Below the pieces are notes generated by a model that saw only the letters and a list, made by a program, of their open reading frames with translations, was not told the DNA's origin and did no database searches. This document shows, piece by piece, positions 25,465 through 39,879 of a stretch of DNA of 64,000 bases; positions within the stretch are counted from its first letter, which is position 1, and each line of letters opens with the position of its first letter. The translations under genes and the position numbers were made by a program. This DNA comes from Eledone cirrhosa (Eukaryota). Location: the NCBI GenBank assembly GCA_964016885.1, contig OZ024742.1, positions 20,088,001 through 20,152,000 on the forward strand, given 5' to 3'.

Positions 25465-25686
25465 TATACCTTCCTGCCAGATGGTTGAACATCTGAAAGT
25501 ATATACTTTCCTTATGCATATTAACGGTTGAGCAGCCTAATTTGCATATCGAGTGAGTTAATCGGCCGGGGTACCGAAAACAATGGAAAAAATGAAACGA
25601 AATTTCATTTCTTACTCTAAGAGCCGTTAATATGCATAAGGAAAGTATATACTTTCAGACGTTCAATCATCTGTCAGGAAGGTATA

Positions 25687-25727
25687 CGGTGCTGACGATA
25701 GCTAATAAGCTTGAAACTAGTACATCG
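25687..25727 (+). ncRNA. Minimal hammerhead ribozyme (family B)
   Basis: cggug CUGACGA uagcuaauaagcuu GAAACUAGUA caucg, with fully paired stem I. Confidence 0.82.
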
Positions 25728-25959
25728 TTCCTTTGTCAGTGTTTAACAAAAGGGCAACGATATATATATGTGTGCATGTATGTATATATATACATACTAC
25801 TGTACGTCTGTATACATATATGTATGTACGTATACATACTTATATATATATATATATATATAGGAGAATAGTAGGGACCCCTACCAATATAATACTACTG
25901 GTTTAGTTCGGATCTAGCTATCGAAACGGCCGGTGCTCAGCCGTCGGGGTCCTGACTCT

Positions 25960-25997
<38 letters not shown>

Positions 25998-25999
25998 CT

Positions 26000-28900
26000 A
26001 TTAAAAATAAAATTAGAATTTTATTTCTCTCCCTAGCACACCTGATACATAAATGTAAATATGCACACGCACACACACACATATATATACATATGTATAT
26101 ATGTGTGTGCGTGTGCATACTTACATATATGTATCTATATATCTACTTATCTATACACAGACACCAACACAAAAGGGCACACAACAACAGCAAACAAAAA
26201 ACACCACGCAAAAACAAAAACATGCATACACATACATAAACACAAGAAATAAAAAAACTACTAAATATTATATACAACAACAATTTAGTAAAAACCCAAG
26301 GGCCTAACTTCACCCAGGCAGGGGATTTCCCCCACCTCAAAATCATTAAGGCCCCAGGGGACACATATAAAACACTAAAAAACAAATTTAAAGAGGACGT
26401 GCCCCTCCCCCTGCGTCGGGCCCATAAACCACGTCCTCCTAAAAAATTTCCCCTCCCCCTCCCAAACACCCCAACCACACAACACACTGATGCCCCTACA
26501 CTTCCACAAACCACCACCCCACCCAACAACCCATCCCCCACCCTCATGGAAATTGTGCAGCCCGATACCACCAACATGGCTATGCTAAGACTAGGCTGTC
26601 TAAATGTGCGTGGCCTGGGCTCAACTTGGAAGCAAGCAATGCTTCTAAATGACCTCAGGTCACAACGTATAGATGTGATGGTTATTTGCGAGGCCCGGAT
26701 CAGCAACGTGCGACAGCTGGCCCCCACCTTTGATGACTTTGATATGCACGCATCTCTCTGTCAGCCCGGAGGTGGGGATGGGGTTGTCGTTCTGCTGCAA
26801 AAACATCTGGGTCTCGCAACACAGACGGTACATTTGGACCCGGATGGTCGACTAGTGGTTCAGGACCTTGGCAGTGGTGAAGGCGGAGCGTTTAGGCTGG
26901 TAGCCGTCTACGGCTCTTTCGGGTCAATGCGGCCGGACTTCTTCCATCGTCTGGAGACTTTTCTAGGGACGTCCCGCTCCTTACTATTAGTGGGGGACTG
27001 GAATGGTATCCTAGATGCACGTTGGGACTACGTAGGGGCCTGTCCCGATAGAGAGGGGTGTAACAGCCTCAAAGGGTTAATCGGTCGATTTGACCTGGCC
27101 GATACATATCGACTAGATTTTCCGACTGCGCCAACCTGGACTTGGGCAAACCGCAGCGGATCATCTAGGTCGTACCTAGATAGGTTCTTAGTTAGAAATA
27201 AGAATAAGGACTTTTTAAGTTGTCCAAAAATGCGCATGGTTGGCTATTCAGACCACAAGTTAGTGACCTGCATGGTCAACCTTGAACCTTGACAGAACGC
27301 ATAGACAGGGACCCGGTTACTGGAAGCTCAACTTGTTCTTACCGGCAAGTAAGGCTTACAGGGACCGGATTAGCACTTTAATTAAGGAGCGGTTGACGGG
27401 CGCCATCGTCAACAGCAGGTGGTGGGGATCTCTCAAAAGAGAGAATAGAGTAGTCTCTATAGAATTTAGTAAGGAGTTAGCCTCAAATAGAAATAGGATG
27501 GAAAGGGAGTTGGTAGATAGTGTAGAAGAGGCAATTAGAAGCGGCGACGTAGCCAGAGTGCTAGCGTCGAGAACGGCCCTGGGCCAGTTCTTCGACGCGA
27601 AACACGAAGGCTGCATCGTCCGAAGAAAAATACGTGCTCTGGGAAACGAGGGGACCAAAGATGTTAGCTGGGCCCGCGTGACAGAAGCCAAAAGAAGGAG
27701 TAGATCCACTATCCGGTCTTTGCGAGACCAGGATGGACAGGTGATCCTTGAACCTAAGCAGATGTGCGAGGCTTTTCAAAAGCACTTTGCCAGATTGTTC
27801 GGAAGGGGCGGTGAGCCAGTTGGGGAAGTGGACTTCGGTCCATACCTCGACGGCCTGCCGCGTCTCTCGGACAGGGAGGCGAAGTCCTGCGAGGAGCCGA
27901 TTTCAGCAGCTGAGATAGAAGACATGCTGAGCCTATGCGGCAAACGCAAATCCCCAGGTCTCGATAGTCTTCCATACGAACTATATCTAGCTATGCCGGA
28001 CTTGTTCCCCGATCTCCTCGAGGTGGTCTACTGCAACTGGCAACAGAACGGGAGAATTCCCTATGCGGTGACCAAGGGCGTAGTCACGCTAGTGAGAAAG
28101 GACAAGAACAAGGGGGACGATATAAATAATTTCAGGCCCATTACTCTGCTAAATACAGAGTTACAGATTTTGGCCAAGGTGCTAGCAAAGAGGTTGGCGC
28201 TTGTCGTGGGCAACCTGGTGGGAGATGCGCAGACATGTGCTATCCCGTCCAGGTCCATCCACGACAACCTCCACCTCATGCGATACATCATAGAGAGGGT
28301 TGGGAACGAACCCGGCTTCGGTGGGGCCCTGAGCAACTTGGATCAATCTAAGGCGTTCGATAGGGTCGACCATGGTTACCTGGATGCGGTGCTAGCGGCG
28401 GCAGGCTTCGGACCCGTTTTCAGGGGCTGGATCAATGCCATGCAAAGCAGCCGCATCTGCTCTAGGGTGAAGGTGAACGGCTACCTCTCGGAGCCGTTCG
28501 AAATCGCGCGGTCCATCCGACAAGGGTGCCCTCTCTCCTCCCTTCTGTATGTAGTGACTCTAGAGCCACTGCTGCGGAAGTTGGAGTTGTTGCAGGGCAT
28601 CCCGTTGGAACCGGGATTGCGGAAAGCGGTACCGGCCTACGCCGATGACGTAACAGTAATGGTGTCGACGGCCTCGGAAATCGGGGCGATCGGCACCTTA
28701 CTGGAGGAGTACGAAAGGTTTACAGGGGCTAAGCTGAACCGGGACAAGTCGCTCGGTCTGCAAATCGGCACGTGGAGGGGAAAATTGATGCCCTCCGATG
28801 GCATCGTCGGGCGCTGGACGGAGGGCCCGGTGATGTTGCTCGGGGTCTGGTTTGGACCAGACCTCCAGGTGGAGAAGAACTGGGGTGAGGTAACGAACAG

Positions 28901-30272
28901 GGTGTTTGCACTGACCCAGAAGTGAGCCGAGTGCAAACTGTCCCTGAAAGGTCGGGCGGAGGTGGCGAACACTTATATAGCGTCCGTCATCTACAACCGC
29001 CTGACCGTCGTGCCTTGCCCAAGGGAAACGCTCGCCAAAATGGAGCGCGCACTCTTTCAATTCCTTTGGAAGAAGCGGGCTCCTATGGTGAGGAGATCCA
29101 TCTGCTGTCAACACCCTTCGAAAGGAGGGCTGGGGATGCGTGGCTGATGATGCGTAAACACGCATTAAGGCTACGGCACCTCCAGGTATTCCTCTCCGGT
29201 CAACCGGTGTGGGTCCCGTTTGTGAGGCGAGCCTTTCCCAGACTCGTCTCGCTCACCGAGCTGCAATCCTGGGTCAAGCAAAGACCAAAAAACTGGGTGC
29301 CTGGCACACCGAGTGTGCCCAGGCGCTCACGGCTCTCTGGCAGGCGGACCCGGCTCTCTGGCAGGTGGACCCGGCTGTCAGTGGAGAATCCACCTCGTCA
29401 TTCTATAGAGGGCTGGTGATTAGCAGGTGCGACGATGCTCTCGGAGAAGCCCTAGGCATGGAGGAAAACGAACTGGCCAACCTGTTTGGTAGGACATTCA
29501 GCCCGGGACCTATGGATAACTTCCAGAGGTCCCTGGCCTGGCAGTGCTACCGAGGGGCTCTGCCCGTTCGAGAAAGGCTCTACAGACACGGGCGCCCGGG
29601 TAGGGGCCCCTCGCAAAAGATCTGTCCCAGATGCGTGTGCGACGAGGAAATCGTTGCACACGCATTGGTACACCGCTCGGGCATTGCCGATCTGTGGGGC
29701 TATGTCGAACGACTGCTGTCACGGGTGGGACCGATCCGGTTGACCACCGAGTCTATTGTAACGATCAAGCCGCCTCCTCTCTTCAAAAACGAAGGAGAGG
29801 CGGTGTTTCTGTGCATAATAGCCATGGCGAAAGAGGTTGTATGGTGGACGCGTCTGAAAGGACTGAGGTCAGACACCTTTCTCTCTGGCCAACAACTGGT
29901 CCGTTTTTTCCGATATTATTTCGGAAGAAGGATCAGCCGTTTCTCTGAAAGATAGGTGAAAGTGGCGAGAATGGCCCGTGTGAATGGGCCTTCACTCTAC
30001 ATCAGACTGTAGGTGAGAAAGATGAAAGATCAAGGGGGTACCCTCTCTCTGTGCTCCTGAGGAGAAGGGTTGCACACTTTTTTCGGAGGTGTGTGCGACC
30101 CCCCAAGGCGCCTCCTCCCTATTGAGGATTTTGTTATTCAATTTATTTTTGTTATATTTTATATTTTTATATTTCGTTATTACCTCCTCCTTAGTGAGGA
30201 CGCCTTTTTATGTAAACTCCCCCCATTGTACTTGTCCCACCTTTTGATGCCCTGGTGGCAAATAAAAAGAAA
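26000..30272 (+). mobile_element. L1/Tx1-clade LINE with near-complete but disrupted ORF2 (APE + RT + C-terminal region); divergent subfamily
   Basis: APE motifs (LNVRGL, GDWN, SYLDRF, SDH) and RT motifs (QGCPLS, YADD). Frameshift at a duplicated aacctt (~27280), TGA at 28923 and further frameshifts. AATAAA at ~30261. 5' boundary uncertain. Confidence 0.9.
26545..30012 (+). pseudogene. LINE ORF2 pseudogene
   Basis: Split across ORFs 26399-27292, 27282-28925, 28962-29147 and 29209-29955. Homologous to 4308-5981. Confidence 0.88.
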
Positions 30273-30352
30273 GTTATCTATACACATAGGTACATCACTG
30301 TCGTATGTATGTAAACATCCATTCATGTATGTGTGTATTTATATATATATAC

Positions 30353-30444
<92 letters not shown>

Positions 30445-30774
30445 GTCTATGCGTTTGTATGTGTGCGCGTGCGTGTGTGTGAATTAGGTTTGAACATAAT
30501 ACATTTTTTTAAAATAAAGACTTCAAATTGTGTACAGTAGTACAAAGGAAACCCACCTGGTACACACTATTGATTCTACACCCTATGTCGTGGGTGCCAG
30601 CATTCAGACCTAGTTCTACTAATTTATATATATATATAACAAAGTAATTGTGGTAAGGAACCAGATGGACCATAACGCACCAGAGTGCTCAATATTTAGG
30701 GTAGTAGAGTGGGAAATAGGAAAAAGTATGACCCCGACGTCAGAGCTCAAGCCGTTTCGACTGATATTTCTGGA

Positions 30775-30837
<63 letters not shown>

Positions 30838-30942
30838 CGCCTGGCCGAACTCACTCGATATGCAAATTAGGCTGCTCAGCCGTTAATTTTCATAAGGAAA
30901 GTATATACTTTCGAACGTTCAACCATCTGGCAGAAGGGTATA

Positions 30943-30983
30943 CGGTGCTGATGATAGCTAACAAGCTTGAAACTAGTCCATCG
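30943..30983 (+). ncRNA. Minimal hammerhead ribozyme (family B variant, GUC site)
   Basis: cggug CUGAUGA uAGCU aaca AGCUu GAAAC UA GUC caucg. Confidence 0.82.
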
Positions 30984-31237
30984 TTCCTGTGTGAGTGTTG
31001 AACAAAAAGGTGACGTGGTTGCCTTAACACCGTACGGCATAAATTCAGACTGTTCAGTTTGTTTACAAACGAACAAAGCGGGCGTTATAATAAGCGTCCG
31101 TTAAACTGATACGTACATATATGTATGTGTACCTGTATGTATATATATGTATATATATATATACACTTATATATATATATGCATGCTACTGTACGTCTGT
31201 ATACATATATGTATGTACGTATACATACATACTTACA

Positions 31238-31325
<88 letters not shown>

Positions 31326-31616
31326 GGAAAAAATGAAACGAAATTTCATTTCCCACTCTTAGTACGGCTGTTACTTAAATATAAGTATGTACACGTACAT
31401 ACATATATGTATACAGACGTACAGCAGTATGTATATATATATACATACATGCACACATATATATATGTACGTATGGATTCACCGTTTACAAACACACCGA
31501 GCATTATAATAAATGTTCGGTGAATCCATACGTACATATATATATGTGTGCATGTATGTATATATATATACATACTACTGTACGTCTGTATACATATATG
31601 TATGTACGTGTACATA

Positions 31617-31697
<81 letters not shown>

Positions 31698-32938
31698 ATG
31701 TATATATATATATGCATGTGTATATGTGCATGTGAGCATGTGCATACCTATATATATGTGTGTGTATGTATTATGTATTTATTTATGACTTGAAAGGAAA
31801 TAAAACGAGATAAATCTTGTTTAAAAATGGTATTGTTCATTTCGGTGAGGAATCTGCAAAGATAAATGTGTATATAGGTGGAGTAGAATTAGAGTGTGTG
31901 TGGGGGGTGGGTGGGGGGTGGGGGGTTTAAGATAAGATAGAATGGTGAAATGGGGTGAGATAAATACAATGAGTTGAAATACTATGAACAGGCATGTGAT
32001 TGCGGATAACGAGTGTTGTTGCTGAAATAGTTGTGGTTAGCTGTTAGTAGTGAGTTCGTTCTTATCTATAATCCCTCTTCTGCCTGTTTCCATTCCAGTC
32101 TAGCCAAATCTATCAAATCTAGTACCGACTGGAATATTAGTAAAAGTGTTTCTACGAATCCAGATCATTCCGACAGTTTAGGGAAGTTTCTAGTTTACTA
32201 ATGAAATTGCCTTCGGCAATTCGGAGGTTTACAAGTAGTTTTGTTGGAACAGTTCTTCCACATTTTTTCTGTGTTGGAAGCTGCGCTTGGGAAGTGTTGT
32301 GGAAGTGTATACGGCATTTTCTATATAACTGTTATTTGTTGATATCATCAACTTACCTGTATTCAGTATTTTTGTAGGTAATTGTGTTAGTTGTTATCAA
32401 CATCCCACCTGACTTACTGATTAGGGTCAGGATGGTAACATTGTCAGTTGAATTCCTGATAACGTGTTATGTCCTTGAGCAAAATACTTTATTTGATGCT
32501 GTTCAAAAATAAGTTGCACCTGTAATTTAAAGGACCAGCCTAGTAACACATTGAACACATTGTGTCACGCTGAATCTCCTTGGGAAATATGCTATGGATA
32601 CACGTGTCTGTGGATGGCCTAGCTATTTGCACGTAAATTTTAAGAAGTTCGGTGAACTAGAATAGTCGTTGACGAAAGCGACGGATGTCCAACAACTTGT
32701 TTTTTGATTGACAATAATATCATCTGCATGTGAGAATCATTTCTAACCTAAGCCTTTAGATCTGGAGAGGGATGAGCACCGCCGGGTGTAAAATCCCTAA
32801 GACACCGTCTGTCAGAACGGTACCTTAACGATTCCTCAAAGAGTTAAGGGCCCTTGTATTATAACATTGGCACAATGCCACACATTTTTGGATAAGGATT
32901 AGTTGATTAAAACGACCTCAGTATTTGAATGGTATTAT

Positions 32939-33045
<107 letters not shown>

Positions 33046-33089
33046 AAGTTAAATAAAAGTCAAATGATTAAAATTTAGCTTCGTTTGTT

Positions 33090-33144
33090 ACTGCTATATA
33101 TATTTCAGTGACAGCCATCTTTGGCTGTGACCTCTTCAGGCAGT
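33090..33144 (-). ncRNA. Hammerhead ribozyme (family E)
   Basis: acugc CUGAAGA gguc ACAGCC aaagau GGCUGU cacu GAAA uauaua UA gcagu, with a 5-bp stem I. Confidence 0.7.
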
Positions 33145-33777
33145 TTGAATTAGTATGGTATAGACAAGTACATATGTTGTTTAGGTGTATGATATTGTCA
33201 ATACTCTGATATGCCCAGTTCCTTGTTGGGTTGTTAATTCACTGGAGAACTGGAGTCATATGAATTCAAACAAACGAATTTTCGTGTCACAGGTCCCCTT
33301 CTCCGGACACAGCCATAATAATTTGGCCAACATCTATAACACAAACACTTTTAATTTACCAGATTTCTGACTTTCAAGTTCCAATCTTAAATCTTGATTT
33401 CTCTTTATTAATTTGTTATTTGTTTTCTGCCCTCTTCACTGTATCACCTTATATTTATTTTAAGTTGAGATAGATTATAACACAAACACATTGAATATCT
33501 CATCTTAACATCTTGTATCATACCAATCTATCCAACATATTCTGACCTTGAGATTGGTTATAGCACACACACACACACTTTATCCTACATTATTTCTCAC
33601 TTCTCCATATACATTATCATTACTTTTTCACCAATCTCTCATTTACTCTTTATTCTTTATTCTCTATTTATTTATTTATTTTCAAATTACACAAATTATA
33701 TTAATTATTTTATTTTATTATATTATTTATTTATTTTCTGTTTTCTTCATTTATTGCCTTATATTTCTTCATATACA

Positions 33778-34098
33778 TGAAATAGTATGATAGAATATTA
33801 AATTCTAAGTGTTAATTGAACAAGTACTTTCATGCTTTCGCAATCTTCAGGTTCATAATATGTGGTGACAGTCAAGTTTGCAATTTTCAACTGTCACCAC
33901 ATATTATGAACCTGAAGATTGCGAAAGCATGAAAGTACTTGTTCAATTAACACTTAGAATTTAATATTCTATCATACTATTTCATTATAATACCATTATA
34001 TATATTTTAAAGGATTGTAAATAAAACGAGTAAATCAGACAAAGTTGGAATTCCTCTTATTAATATAATCTTCTATACACAATCATACACACCCGTGT
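33778..34098. mobile_element. Family-F hairpin element with a hammerhead on each strand (33817-33855 -, 33907-33945 +)
   Basis: Inverted arms 33778-33871 and 33890-33984, followed by a unique 3' portion. Confidence 0.85.
33907..33945 (+). ncRNA. Minimal type-I hammerhead ribozyme (family F)
   Basis: ugaac CUGAAGA uUGC gaaa GCAu GAAA GUAC UU guuca. Palindromic stem III AGUACU; GNRA loop II. Confidence 0.82.
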
Positions 34099-34211
<113 letters not shown>

Positions 34212-34255
34212 ATAAACGGAGAATCAGTGTTGCGACGAATACAATTTATTAGACA

Positions 34256-34344
34256 TATTACAATCGTTTCTCTGGCGACCAGCTCGAGGCACGATCGATG
34301 TAATGATCGAACCTGACTCTGAAATCGCAAGGTCCTCAAATACG
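34256..34344 (-). ncRNA. Degenerate hammerhead (family G, UUGAGGA core)
   Basis: Homologous to 56367-56461. Confidence 0.5.
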
Positions 34345-34524
34345 TCTCGATTCTACGAGGCAGAGTTTCCAAATATCCAGTTACACCCATACTCTGCTCT
34401 GTAAGAGCATCGAGTGTTTAAACGGCCTACCGCACATCTGATGTGTTCTCTCCTTTGTTCTGTCCTACGCCATCTTGTAGGACAGAACAAAGGAGAGGCA
34501 CAAAAACAAAGAAAAGAATCCCCA

Positions 34525-34567
34525 GTCACTGAAGAGGTCACAGAATGTGTGACGAAAGAACTTTGAC
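34525..34567 (+). ncRNA. Hammerhead ribozyme (related to families C and E)
   Basis: guca CUGAAGA g GUCACA gaaug UGUGAC GAAA gaac UU ugac. The element ends with the PLE pLTR terminus atgaccctccc...ataacaatat at ~34702-34727. Confidence 0.72.
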
Positions 34568-34726
34568 AATATATGAACAATCATCTGGTTGTGGAACCAA
34601 CCAACCAACCAACCGGAAATTTATAAATTCCTAAATTTATAAATTTAATTTATAATAAATTGAAGTGAAAGCAACTGGTGCGTGTGTTTCTTATTGGCAA
34701 CATGACCCTCCCAAAGTATAACAATA

Positions 34727-34771
<45 letters not shown>

Positions 34772-34776
<5 letters not shown>

Positions 34777-35141
34777 TAAAAGGAATTCCAACTTTGTCTG
34801 ATTTATTCGTTTTATTTACAATCCTTTAAAATTTATAATGGTATTAGAATGAAATAGTATGGTAGAATATTAAATGTTAAGTGTTAATTGAACAAGTACA
34901 GTCAAGTTTGCAATTTTCAACTGAAAATTGCAAACTTGACTGTCACTACACATTATGAACCTGAAGATTGCGAAAGCATGAAAGTACTTGTTCAATTAAC
35001 ACTTAACATTTAATATTCTACCATACTATTTCATTCTAATACCATTATAAATTTTAAAGGATTGCAAATAAAACGAATAAATCAGACAAAGTTGGAATTC
35101 CTTTTATTAATATAATCTTCTATACACAATCATAAACATCC

Positions 35142-35147
<6 letters not shown>
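34772..35147. mobile_element. Second family-F hairpin element; hammerhead at 34956-34994 (+), deleted from the left arm
   Basis: Inverted arms centred near 34920. About 35 nt of tail on the right. (TA)n on both sides. Confidence 0.85.
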
Positions 35148-35221
<74 letters not shown>

Positions 35222-36172
35222 TGTTTGGGTTTGTTTTATATCGAGTTTTTGGTTTGGAAATCTTGTTTTCAGTCAACGTGTGATCTTTTTCTGTCATTAA
35301 TCAGGCTGGCAGGGGGTTTGTATTGTTCAACGTGAGTTTATATTTGGTTTTAAATGGTTATTTAATTGCGGGGTCTGAGGCTTCAAATCGTTGCTTTGTT
35401 CAAGTTTATTGGTTCGTTAAGCGGGATAGAGCTTGAATTAGATTAATCAGTGATTACAGGCTTTATCGGTTTGTTAAACGAGATAAGTTTTAAATTAGGT
35501 TAATTACTGTTTACAGGGTTTCGATTTGGTCAGTTTAGGTTCTGGTTACTGAGCATGTGGTCTATTTCTGTGAGTGTCTATATATAGGATCCGGTCGAGT
35601 ATGTGTGTGTGCGTGTGTGTGTGTGGGGGGGGGGGAGAGAGTTATATGGTCGGAGAATATTTCTTGTGGCTACACTGTTTAGTTGTAGGTGTAATGCCAA
35701 TCAAACAATAGGTTAGTAGCCGCTGCAGAGTATTATAGAAACCATGTAATATGACGGCTGTGGCCTGATGGCGTTAGTCAACTCCATGCTAATGGCTTGT
35801 GCGAGCTGGTTGTTGTTTTGCCGTGCGTAGTGTGTGTGGAGGGTGAAGAGGGTTGTTTGTTGTTTGGTTTTTACTTTTTCTCGTGGGGCATGTACCTGGT
35901 GAGTGGGGTTGATTCCGTTTTCTAGAGTTGGCGGATATCTTTGGATAGTTGTAGATTTGTTTACGTTTACAATAAGACAATCAGCGTTCTTAGATACACA
36001 CCCACACACACATGTCCCCCACAGACATACACATACAAATGCCCACGCACATACACACATGTACATAAACACACACTTAGACACATAAACACACTCACAC
36101 ACACATAATGCACACATACGCACACAAAAATGTACGCACACACAAACATATACGAATATATATTAAGAGTAG

Positions 36173-36392
36173 AGCGGTGGATTGGCAGTATCGGTAGAGT
36201 GTCGGACAATAGGCTTTGTGGCATAGAGCTACGGCCCTTTACGGTCCGAGTTTAAATCCCACCGAGATTAGCTTTGCCTTTCATCCTTACGGTGTCGATA
36301 AAATAGAGTACCAGTAACGTACTGGGGTCGATTTAATTGACTTTACCCTCCCCTCCAAACATTATTGGCCTTGTGTCTAAACCAGGAACCAA
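36173..36392 (+). mobile_element. Full-length tRNA-derived SINE
   Basis: A box tggcagtatcggtag, B-box-like gagtttaaatccc, and body tcgataaaatagagtaccagt. Confidence 0.85.
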
Positions 36393-36887
36393 TATATTCT
36401 GAGAGAAATGTATGTAGATTGTTTACAAATATTCCATTTGTTGTTGAATGATTTTCTCGATGGTGGAGAACAGTTCAAGGAAGACTTTGTTCAAGATAAG
36501 ATTGATAAACAACTACAACACTGAATGAATCTATATACATAAACATACATATATATATATACACAATCCCACACATGCTTAGATATATACATAATGAATA
36601 CATTTATACATACATACATGCACATATAAATTTATTCATACACACGTACATACGTACATACATTCACACATCTATACATAAATACATGCATTCATACATA
36701 TATACATACATACTTCTATACATACTTCTATACATACTTCTATACATACATACATTTATAAATACATGATGGCTGCCCCCTCGTTATCGCGTATGGCCAT
36801 TGCACTATAAAAAAAAAATATTAAAAAAAAAAAAAAAAAATAAATAAATACACCTATACATATGTATACATACACATATGTACACAT

Positions 36888-37312
36888 CTATCTATCTATC
36901 TAGGGCGGGTAAAATTCCCGAGATCCATGGACGAGTTCTCTCCAGCGGTCTCTATCCCTCATTATCGCCGCCATGTCCTGCACCTCCAACAGACCAGTGT
37001 CTGTCCTTAGGGCATCAACATATGTTAACCTTGGTCTTCCTCTTCCAGTGTGTCCATGCAGGGGCTTCCACAGGATCTGAGACTTGGACACTGACCAAGA
37101 AACACACTCAGATGGTGGATGGGTGCTACACGAGAATGCTGATGATGGCTCTGAACATTAATCAGTATACACTGAGGATGAAGAACTCAGAGCTGTACGG
37201 GAGCCTCCCAAAAGTCAGCTCGAAAGCGACACAGAGGAGACTGCGGTTAGCTGAACATGCTCACCGACACCGAGAGTTGACACTGCACTCAGTGCTCATG
37301 TGGGAGCCCCTG
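36888..37312 (-). mobile_element. RTE-like LINE 3' fragment with 5' inversion and 13-bp TSD
   Basis: Minus strand gives LWKPLHGHTGRGRPRLTYVD... plus a (TAGA)n tail. Plus strand gives GSETWTL...MWEPLH. TSD catatgtacacat at 36875 and 37313. Confidence 0.8.
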
Positions 37313-37319
37313 CATATGT

Positions 37320-37368
<49 letters not shown>

Positions 37369-38369
37369 AACACATATCTACACATATACATATGTATACA
37401 TACACATATGTACACATATACATATATATATTAATAATTAACGGTGCTGCGATCGAATATGGCTTTTTAACCCAGCCAATGATCTAAAATGCATATACAT
37501 ACATACTTCTACACACACACAAACATAGATGCATTCGTACATAAATACATACATGCATACATGCATACATGCATACATACAAACATACATATACACAATT
37601 TCACATACATACATACATACACACACACACATACACGCGCGGATACAGTCATTCAGATAAGCTTGTTTTCTTTACACTTTAGGCCTAGTATATTTCAGTT
37701 AGTTGTTTGCGTCTGCAGCCTGGCCAATCTCCACGTGTGGTATATTGGGCAAGTTTCATTTAAACCAGGATGGGGTGGGGTGGGGTGGGGGGTGGGGGTC
37801 ACTCCAGGTTTTGGGGCCCCTCATATACAAAAAAAAAAATAGAATACACAGCAACCCGCCTAATTTACATATCAAAGTTAGTTTGGTGCAAGTTATTGGA
37901 ATTGAAAAGTTATACATGCAGGTATTAAATAAAAAAATGTCTAACCTAAAACTAAAACGCTCAGCTGAGGGCACAAATACATTGCTACGGCCATTACTGG
38001 TGGGGCCCCCTACAGCAGGGGACTCGTGGCAATTGTCCCCTTTGCCTCCCTTCCCCATTAAATCTAGCTCTGGCCACGAGTGGCTTCATGCCTACATGTC
38101 TTGCAAAAATTGGGTAGACCTGAAACTATTTATAATCTCGTCGGATCGATTGTACCTGAATTCCTAGGAACCAGCCTTATGTCAGACCAAATTATCCTGG
38201 GAATTACGTTAAGGGGACACGTGTCTATGGAATGTTCAATAACTTATTCTTGGGTTTCGAATAATCGTTTCTCCACTCTCGTGGCATTTCTGTGACTATA
38301 AATTTCCTTTCTACATTAAAGCTCCTGCGTCTGGCAGCTGACTTGGTAGACATTCACAAGATTATTAAG

Positions 38370-39436
38370 GATTGGAAGTATCGGTAGAGTGTCAGACACC
38401 ATGCTTTGCAGTAAAGAGTTATGTCCCTTTCCGGCCTGAGTTCAAATCTCGCCGAGGTTAACTTTGCCTTTCATCCTTACGGGGTCGATAAAATAAAGTA
38501 CCAGTAATGCACTGGGATAATTGTTGGCCTTGTGCCAAATGTAAAAACAATTATTACCCATCATTCCAACATCAACCCTGATCACTTTTTTTGAATTCCA
38601 TATGTCTAACACCCGTGGACATGCTTACAAAATCAGAAAACAGCACAGCTCCCATGACTTTCGGAAATATTTGTTCACGCTCAGAGTTGCTGAAGCATGG
38701 AACAAACTACTTGCATCAGTTGTTAGCTATTGGGACACGGCATCCTTCAAAACGTCCACACCTCACGAAATTCATTAACACTACACCTGATATTCCCCCT
38801 CCATACACACGCACGTATGTGTGGGTGTGTGTATATCATGACCCATACACTGTTCACTTTCCTGACATTTTGTACATTATTCTATGTATTATACATGCAC
38901 ATTTGTATATGAGTTCAAATCCCGCCGAGGTTAACTTTGCCTTTCATCCTTCCGGGGTCGATAGAATAAAGTACCAGTAATGCATTGGGTAATTGCTGGC
39001 CTTGTGCCAAAAGTAGAAACAATTATTATCATTATTAAAAAACATTATATATGACAAAAAAAAAGAGTATTACTAGAAATTCCATACGTCATAAAATAAA
39101 TGATTACACAAACATCTGGAACACTCATCGTCGAAACCAACGGAGATCCATTGCATGTGAAGAAAATGCTTGGACATCGTGACTTTCAGCTGTGAACTTG
39201 AAAAACAAATACAAGACGGAGTCTCAACATGTAAACTAAACGACTAATTCTGGTTTTTAAAAGTCAACGTTCCATCGGACGCCATACTTTGCAGCACAGA
39301 CTTACGTCTCTTTACGGACTGAGTTCAAATACGGCCGAGGTTAACTTTGCCTTTCATCCTTACGGGGTCGATAAAATAAAGTACTAGTAATGCACTGGGA
39401 TAATTGTTGGCCTTGTGCCAAAAGTAGAAACAATTA
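38370..39436 (+). mobile_element. Three SINE copies plus a CR1-like LINE 3' fragment (~38560-38790)
   Basis: SINE motifs at 38370-38551, 38911-39023 and 39275-39436. TRGHAYKI.KQ......RKY.F..RV...WNKL remnant. Confidence 0.75.
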
Positions 39437-39812
39437 TTGGGACTCGAGATTACACAAACATCTGGAACACTCATCGTCGAAACCAACGGAGATCCATTGC
39501 ATGTGAAGAAAATGCTTGGACATCGTGACTTTCAGCTGTGAACTTGAAAAACAAATACAAGACAGACAGGCTGTTACGTTAGTTGACCAGCTTTGGCCTT
39601 GAAATAATATATAGATAGATAGAGAGGGGGAGAGAAGGAGAGGAGAGATAGAGAGGGAGAGAGAGGTAGTGAGAGAGTGAGAGAGAGGTAGTGAGAGAGA
39701 GAGATAGAGATAGATAGATAGATAGATAGAGAGAGAAAGAGAGAGAGAGAAGTGCGGTTAGTTGACCAGCTTTGGCCTTGAAATAATATATACATGTAGA
39801 GAGAGGGGGAGT

Positions 39813-39879
<67 letters not shown>

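Noticed and set aside
36173-36260. tRNA gene
   Set aside because: The A/B boxes belong to SINE heads; no complete cloverleaf.
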